Assembly: GCA_963806225.1 (NCBI GenBank)
Contig: CAWDXG010000004.1
Coordinates: 4,384,001-4,448,000 of the forward strand
Direction: 5' to 3'
DNA length: 64,000 bases
Source of the DNA: an uncultured delta proteobacterium
GTDB lineage: Bacteria > Myxococcota_A > Polyangia > Polyangiales > Polyangiaceae
Shown here: positions 59,431-64,000 of the stretch, piece after piece
How the letters are laid out: the number at the start of each line of letters is the position of its first letter
Position numbering within the stretch: position 1 is the first letter of the stretch
Position numbers and translations under genes: made by a program
Notes under the pieces: model-generated
Databases searched by the model: none
What the model was told of the DNA's origin: nothing
Seen by the model: the letters and a program-made list of their open reading frames with translations, nothing else

Positions 59431-60411
59431 ATGACCGCCTCGCGCGAGCGTTGGCTCGGGGAGGTGTTCGACTGGGCGTGCGGGGAGCTGGCTGCTCGTG
59501 CAGACGCTTCGGTGAGCGGAAAGGAGGTGGTGCGCGAACGACCGTGGTCGATCGTGGAGCGCTTCGACACCGATCGAGGCGCGTTCTATTTCAAGGCGTG
59601 CGCGTCCGGCGGCGCTCACGAGTCGGCGCTGCTCGAGTACCTATCCGGGAGGTGGCCCAGGGTCGTCATCACGCCCATTGCGGCCAAGCCGGATTTCGGC
59701 TGGACGTTGATGCGCGATGCCGGTCTGCCCTCACGTCGGTCGGGCAGGGACCCCGCCGCCCTGTGGCCGGTGCTACTGCCGGCGTATGCCACCATCCAGG
59801 TCGCTTCCGCAGACGATGTCGAGCTGCTGCTCGCCGCCGGCGTGCCCGATCGGCGCCTGCAGCGACTGCCGGCGCTATTGCGCGATCTGCTCGCGCGACA
59901 AGACGCGATCCGCCTCGACTTGCCCGACGGCCTTGCCTCGTCGGAACGCGACGGGCTGCTCGAGGCCGTCCCCCTACTGGAGGCGGAGTGCGCTCGGCTG
60001 ACTGCGGTCGGCATTCCCGAAGGCATCGATCACGGCGACCTTCACGACGGCAACGTGCTGGTCGACGACGACCGGGTCTGGCTGGTGGACTGGGCCGACT
60101 CGTCGCTGACGCATCCGTTCTGCTCGCTGCTGGTCACGCTTCACGTCATGCAGGGTGATGACTTCGATCCCGGATCCAGCGCTGCGCTCGCGCTGCGCGA
60201 CGCGTACCTCCCCGTGTGGGAACAGTTCGCTCCGCGTCCGGTGCTCGAGGAAGCGTTCCGTGCCTCTATGCGGATCGGCCACGTGATTCGCGCCCTGGAC
60301 TGGGATCGCATGCTGGCTGGGGCCCCAGATGACGTTCGCGCCAGCTTCCAGCCCCGCATCGCCCGCTGGCTGCGTCGCTGGTACGACCGCCGCGAAGGTT
60401 CGGTCAGCTAG
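59431..60411 (+). CDS. APH/ChoK-like phosphotransferase family protein (inverted cassette gene)
   Basis: FYFKA, HGDLHDGNV, LVDWAD, HPF; start may be 59398. Confidence 0.85.
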   Translation: MTASRERWLGEVFDWACGELAARADASVSGKEVVRERPWSIVERFDTDRGAFYFKACASGGAHESALLEYLSGRWPRVVITPIAAKPDFGWTLMRDAGLPSRRSGRDPAALWPVLLPAYATIQVASADDVELLLAAGVPDRRLQRLPALLRDLLARQDAIRLDLPDGLASSERDGLLEAVPLLEAECARLTAVGIPEGIDHGDLHDGNVLVDDDRVWLVDWADSSLTHPFCSLLVTLHVMQGDDFDPGSSAALALRDAYLPVWEQFAPRPVLEEAFRASMRIGHVIRALDWDRMLAGAPDDVRASFQPRIARWLRRWYDRREGSVS

Positions 60412-60419
60412 GGCGGTCA

Positions 60420-60571
60420 GCCCAACGGACCGCTGCTAAGCAGCGGCCGCAACAGAATACCACGGGGCAACAGGTGGCGATGACCGCGCCCGTGGTAGTC
60501 CACCACGGGCGCACGGAAGGACCCTGCAGTCAGGACGACGCGCGACCGGCTGATTCAGCAGTTTGTTGGGC
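60420..60571 (-). repeat. attC site
   Basis: GCCCAAC-AAA-CTGCT(G)AATC ... GCTTAGCAG-CGGTCC-GTTGGGC. Confidence 0.9.
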
Positions 60572-60584
60572 GGCTTGGGCTCGG

Positions 60585-60798
60585 TCAGGCCGGCACGTCC
60601 ACGTACGCCGACGAGGCGTGAGGCTCGGGCACCGGCAACCCTTCCGCGCGCAGTCCATCGATGTGGAACGCGATCGCTTCCGCGATCTCGTGCTCGAACG
60701 TCCTCCCGCGTGGCTCCGGTGGCAACGCACCCGGGAAGGTCCGGCGAAAACGCCGAGAAGCCCGTGGCAGTCGCTTCGACGATGACGAGGTACCTCAT
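60585..60798 (-). CDS. hicB: HicB-family antitoxin; +1 frameshift near 60697
   Basis: MRYLVIVE....FSAFSPDLPGCVATG.T.E, continuing as EIAEAIAFHIDGL..EGLPVPEP in a shifted frame. Confidence 0.85.
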
Positions 60799-60983
60799 GG
60801 TTTCAACCCTGCCTGTTTTAGCACGCTGTTCAGGGTGCCGGGAGCCAGCTCGTCGCTGGGCTTTCCCGCTATCGTGACGAGCCCTGGTTTTGTCGCGTGC
60901 TTGAACTGCCGATGCGATCCGCGCTGGCGGACCTGCGTCCAGCCGTCGGCCTCGATCTGCCGGATGACCTCACGGACTTTCAC
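60795..60983 (-). CDS. hicA: HicA-family toxin
   Basis: KVREVI..IE.DGW..VRQRGSHRQFKH..KPG.VTI, GTLNSVLKQAGL. Confidence 0.92.
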   Translation of the reverse strand: MKVREVIRQIEADGWTQVRQRGSHRQFKHATKPGLVTIAGKPSDELAPGTLNSVLKQAGLKP

Positions 60984-61076
60984 GAAGGCGACACTACGAT
61001 CGCCCGCCTCGCGATGCGACGGGTTCCTGCGGCGAATCGGCCCATGGCAGGACGAGCAAGATCATGGCGATGCAAG

Positions 61077-61313
61077 TCACTTGGAACCCACGGTTGCCTG
61101 AATGCGTTCGGCCGCCTCCCGGCATTCGCGCAGAGCTCGGTCAGGGTCGTCACTGGAAACCTCCACCACACGGCTCCACCTGTCGACGCCAGTGGCCCTG
61201 TATCCCCCCGGCGACGTTTCCTGGACCCGGAAGAACCAACCAGGCACCAGGTCATCTATCGGAAACTCCAGTCGGAGCTCACTGTCGGATCTCGCGGCGA
61301 CTGGTTTGCGCAT
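61077..61313 (-). CDS. Hypothetical cassette protein (78 aa)
   Basis: ATG 11 nt after the GTTGGGC core at 61324-61330. Confidence 0.65.
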   Translation of the reverse strand: MRKPVAARSDSELRLEFPIDDLVPGWFFRVQETSPGGYRATGVDRWSRVVEVSSDDPDRALRECREAAERIQATVGSK

Positions 61314-61323
61314 GAGGACGTCC

Positions 61324-61430
61324 GCCCAACGAATCGAAATCCAGCTGCGAAGGCGCAGCAGTACCTCTGCGCAGGCTACCACTTCAGCAGGGCGCCGCGT
61401 GGCCCGCGCGGGACGGATGAACCTGGCAGC
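61324..61430 (-). repeat. Half attC (R'/L' arm only)
   Basis: Homologous to the right arm of attC 58686-58831; left arm replaced by the hicA fragment. Confidence 0.75.
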
Positions 61431-61519
61431 TGGGAGCCAGTCTGGCGGACGACGCGCCAGCCGATCCTTTCGAGCGCTGCCAGGTCAGGGGAAGCTTTGG
61501 CGGACCCCCAGCTCGGCAC
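61431..61519 (-). pseudogene. hicA: Truncated HicA toxin
   Basis: MPSWGSAKASPDLAALERIGWRVVRQTGS, cut just before the catalytic His and fused to attC interior. Confidence 0.75.
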
Positions 61520-61522
61520 GGG

Positions 61523-61729
61523 CTAGGCGGCGAAGGAAACGCTGGTGAGCGACGATGCCTCGAGCTCGCCCGATTCGATCTGATCAGCGAGGACGCGGAA
61601 CGCGAGCGCGCGGGCGAGCTGGGCAGCCTTGTCCTGCGTGTCGGCATACACCATCACGCCCGGCAACTCGGGAACTTCTGCGATCCAGCGACCGTCCACC
61701 TCCTGCTCGAATTCGATAGTCAGCGTCAT
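61523..61729 (-). CDS. hicB: HicB-family antitoxin (short)
   Basis: IEFEQEVDGRWIAEVPELPGVMVY..T...A....ALA.RVLAD. Confidence 0.88.
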   Translation of the reverse strand: MTLTIEFEQEVDGRWIAEVPELPGVMVYADTQDKAAQLARALAFRVLADQIESGELEASSLTSVSFAA

Positions 61730-61772
61730 CGGTACGCACAGATTCTGCCACGCGCGCCCCAGTGCGCCAGCT

Positions 61773-61852
61773 GCCAGGCAAGTCCCGTTCGGCAGCCGCG
61801 GGTCCGCGGCCGCATGGGGACGCCCCGGTCCGCCTCCGGGCGTAGGTTGGGC
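61773..61852 (-). repeat. Degenerate attC (intact R'' GCCCAAC, no GTT core)
   Basis: R'' 10 nt after the Imm1-like stop; best R' candidate is GCCTGGC. Confidence 0.45.
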
Positions 61853-61862
61853 GGCTCACGTC

Positions 61863-62267
61863 TCAGAAGGAGTTCGTGTCCCACGTGATGCTCGATGGGC
61901 GCTCACCGGTCTCGAAGAGTTCGCGGACGGCCTCAAGCGCTTGCGAAGTCGGGATGCGGTAGTAGTCGGGCAGTTCCGTGTGATGCTTGCCTAGTAGGAA
62001 GTACGCCGTGAGACCTGATCGGTTCGAATCACCAACGCTGATCCACTCGTCCCAGCAGCCGTCGTTGGATTCGCGAAGGCGCTGTACAAGGAGAACAGAC
62101 TCAGCGCCGCCTAGCGCCAGGTACACGTGAAACCCGTGAACGTCGTCGATCTCGACCATGCGTGGCGGTCCGGCGTGGCCGTTGAGTTCCCGAAGGCGGA
62201 GGCATAGGTCATCGGCAGAGGAAAGATCCTCGTCTGTTCCAGACTCTGACCAACGCAATTGGGCCAC
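61863..62267 (-). CDS. Imm1-like immunity protein
   Basis: C-terminal E.P....IP...A..AVRE...TGERP....W pattern; lower GC. Confidence 0.7.
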   Translation of the reverse strand: MAQLRWSESGTDEDLSSADDLCLRLRELNGHAGPPRMVEIDDVHGFHVYLALGGAESVLLVQRLRESNDGCWDEWISVGDSNRSGLTAYFLLGKHHTELPDYYRIPTSQALEAVRELFETGERPSSITWDTNSF

Positions 62268-62279
62268 ACCAACGGGTCC

Positions 62280-62400
62280 GCCTAACGGACCGCCGATAAC
62301 CTGCGGCGGCCGTGGAAGAGATCATACCGCGCCTTGCCCTACGGAACACCTCGAAGACCGCGTCGCCCCCGCCGCCGTCGGGTTCATTGGCCTGTTGGGC
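62280..62400 (-). repeat. attC site
   Basis: GCCCAAC-AGG-CCAAT(G)AACC..GCGGCGG / CCGCCGC.GGTTATCGG-CGGTCC-GTTAGGC. Confidence 0.9.
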
Positions 62401-62417
62401 AGCGCCGCCCCAGGTCG

Positions 62418-62738
62418 CTACGTCTCGAGATCGATCAGCATTTCGAGCGGAATGCCCTTTTCGGTGTGCTGGCGCATGAAGGCGTAGTGGTACGCATCAA
62501 TGGGGTGCTTCGACGCCGCCCCGACCTTGTCGCTGTGCGCGAGGTCCGGGCCGCGCAAGTAGTAGATCAAGAAGTCGCCGTCTGGTGCGGATTCCAGGAA
62601 GACGGACTCCACGCGAACCGACTCATCGCGAAGAGTCTCCAGGGCCTCCTCGCGACGGCCATTGATCGTGCGGGCCCATTCTCGAACGGCTTCAAGACTG
62701 CCGTTCTTGATCTTCACGCGAGCGCATCTGGTTTCCAT
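62418..62738 (-). CDS. First cassette: DUF6176-like protein
   Basis: VREW...I..RREEA.ETL..E.V..ESVFL......[14 protein letters not shown] pattern. Confidence 0.6.
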   Translation of the reverse strand: METRCARVKIKNGSLEAVREWARTINGRREEALETLRDESVRVESVFLESAPDGDFLIYYLRGPDLAHSDKVGAASKHPIDAYHYAFMRQHTEKGIPLEMLIDLET

Positions 62739-62742
62739 GTCT

Positions 62743-62810
62743 GCCCAACTACTATTCGACGTTCACAATAGCGCGTTCCGCGCGGCCCTGCATAGAGGCG
62801 GTCTTGGTGC
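62743..62810 (-). other. Putative attI site
   Basis: GTTGGGC core 4 nt before the first cassette ATG, preceded by AT-richer non-palindromic DNA just downstream of intI; left boundary approximate. Confidence 0.7.
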
Positions 62811-62877
62811 CGTTTCCGCTGGGAGTTGATCGTGGGGAGGGTGTTGGGCGGTTCTGTGTAGCGCTGTAAACGGTGCG

Positions 62878-63676
62878 TTAGAGGGGAAGCTGGTCGAGGG
62901 GGCTGTTGACGCCGAGGGCGCCACGGCGGAGGACGTGGGTGTAGATCATGGTGGTGCTGACGTCGGTGTGGCCGAGGAGTTTCTGGATGGTGCGGATGTC
63001 GTAGCCGCTTTCCAGCAGGTGGGTGGCAAAGGAGTGGCGGAGGGTGTGGCAGGAGACGCGCTTGGAGAGGCCGGCGGCGAGGGCGGCGCTCTTGACGGCG
63101 CGTTGGAGGCCGCTCTGGTGGTAGTGATGGCGGCGACGTTCGCCGGTTTCGGCGTCGGTGTAGTGGCGGGTGGCGGGGAAGAGCCACTGCCAGGACCACT
63201 CGCGGGATGCTCCGGGGAGCTTCAAGCGCAGTGCGGAGGGGAGCTCGACGAAGCCGGCGCAGGCGCGCGCATTCGAGCAGGCGCAGGCCCGAGCCATAGA
63301 GCAGCGCCGCCATCAGGCGTGGCGTTCCCTCCATCCGTGCGAGCAGCGCGGCGACCTCGGTGCGCGACATGACGACCGGCAGTCTTTTCGGGCGCTTGGC
63401 GCGAACGACCGCATCGAATTCGAGCGGCTGGCCCAGCACGATGTTGTACAGGAACAGCAATGCGCATTGGGCCTGGTTCTGCGTCGATGCGGCGACGTGC
63501 TGCTCGCTGGCGAGCCACCCGAGGAAGGCGTTGACGTGCTCGGCGCCGAGCTCGGCGGGGTGGCGCATGCCGTGATAGGCGAAGTAGCGCTTCATCCAGG
63601 CGAGGTAGGCCTGCTCCGTCCGGGGGCTGTAGTGCCGCACGCGCAGGGCGTGGCGGACCTCGTCTAGAAGACGCAC
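62878..63676 (-). pseudogene. intI: Integron integrase with internal deletion and frameshift
   Basis: [32 protein letters not shown] joined to the IntI insertion [55 protein letters not shown]; the GKG-containing segment is missing. Confidence 0.93.
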
Positions 63677-63688
63677 AGGCGCCGCGGG

Positions 63689-63704
63689 CGCGAACCGCGT
63701 GCCA
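63689..63704 (-). promoter_or_regulatory. Sigma54-type promoter of intI
   Basis: TGGCACG-CGGT-TCGC, GG-N10-GC, 13 nt before GTG 63676; palindromes at 63768-63781 and 63804-63820 upstream. Confidence 0.6.
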
Positions 63705-63831
63705 GCCGTGCGGGCCGCGGTGGGCGCGCATTTTCCACGCCGGACAGGCATCCAACCGACCGGAGGCGTGGCGATCGCCACCCTTCGCCGGTGGCCGCCA
63801 GTCTGCGGTGACATGCCGCAAGGTCGCGCGG

Positions 63832-64000
63832 CTACCGCCCGGCGCCCATCACGGCCAGGGCCACGCACGCGACGAGGGTCACGTGTTCGACGACGCCGGA
63901 CGGGAGGCGTTCGCGCAGGGCGAGGCGCCTGCCGAGAAGGTTCCCGATGGGGATGGCGAGGGCGAGCAGGGCGGCGCGGACGAGCGCGGTGTGGTCGAGC
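63832..64000 (-). CDS. C-terminal part of a membrane protein (TauE/TSUP-like), truncated by window edge
   Basis: [18 protein letters not shown]...[13 protein letters not shown] two-TM ending. Confidence 0.5.
   Translation of the reverse strand, partial: LDHTALVRAALLALAIPIGNLLGRRLALRERLPSGVVEHVTLVACVALAVMGAGR

Noticed and set aside
59431..60411. Aminoglycoside resistance gene
   Set aside because: Only generic APH/ChoK fold motifs are visible; substrate cannot be inferred.
61422..61778. 12-bp inverted repeat CCTGGCAGCTGG / CCAGCTGCCAGG flanking hicB-hicA' as MITE ends
   Set aside because: No target duplication, one copy falls in attC interior sequence, and a simple deletion explains the junction; chance is plausible at this GC content.
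62743..62849. attC formed by GCCCAAC (62849-62843) and GTTGGGC (62749-62743)
   Set aside because: No complementary L boxes or internal palindrome; position next to intI fits attI better.
63735..63760. LexA box upstream of intI (CCGGACAGGCATCCAA)
   Set aside because: Both half-sites deviate from CTG...CAG; far weaker than the box at 908.

Overview
High-GC bacterial chromosomal segment, most likely Myxococcota (Polyangiales-like), judged from a MYXO-CTERM-type tail, many sigma54 elements, FG-GAP/FGE lipoproteins and a LuxR pair. Bases 1-55300 hold housekeeping and accessory genes: a GlgE-pathway alpha-glucan operon (glgE, treS-mak fusion, glgX, glgB) interrupted by an alpha/beta hydrolase and an HmgA-motif Fe-cupin, plus an S8 peptidase, ugd, a sigma54 regulator with a sensorless hybrid kinase, MscS-cNMP, a K+-dependent membrane PPase and corA. 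Bases ~55300-63700 are a decaying chromosomal integron. Its integrase is co-oriented with the cassettes (attI lies downstream of intI), is preceded by a sigma54-type promoter, and is inactivated by an internal deletion. The array has 5 recognisable attC sites plus 3 broken ones and is dominated by six toxin-antitoxin modules (4 HicAB, 2 BrnT-type). It also carries Imm1-like, phosphotransferase and DUF6176-like cassettes, an IS481 scrap and a structured non-coding stretch resembling an IS110 end. Scattered single-base frameshifts in conserved genes look like long-read assembly errors. All family calls come from motif recognition by eye; no searches were run.
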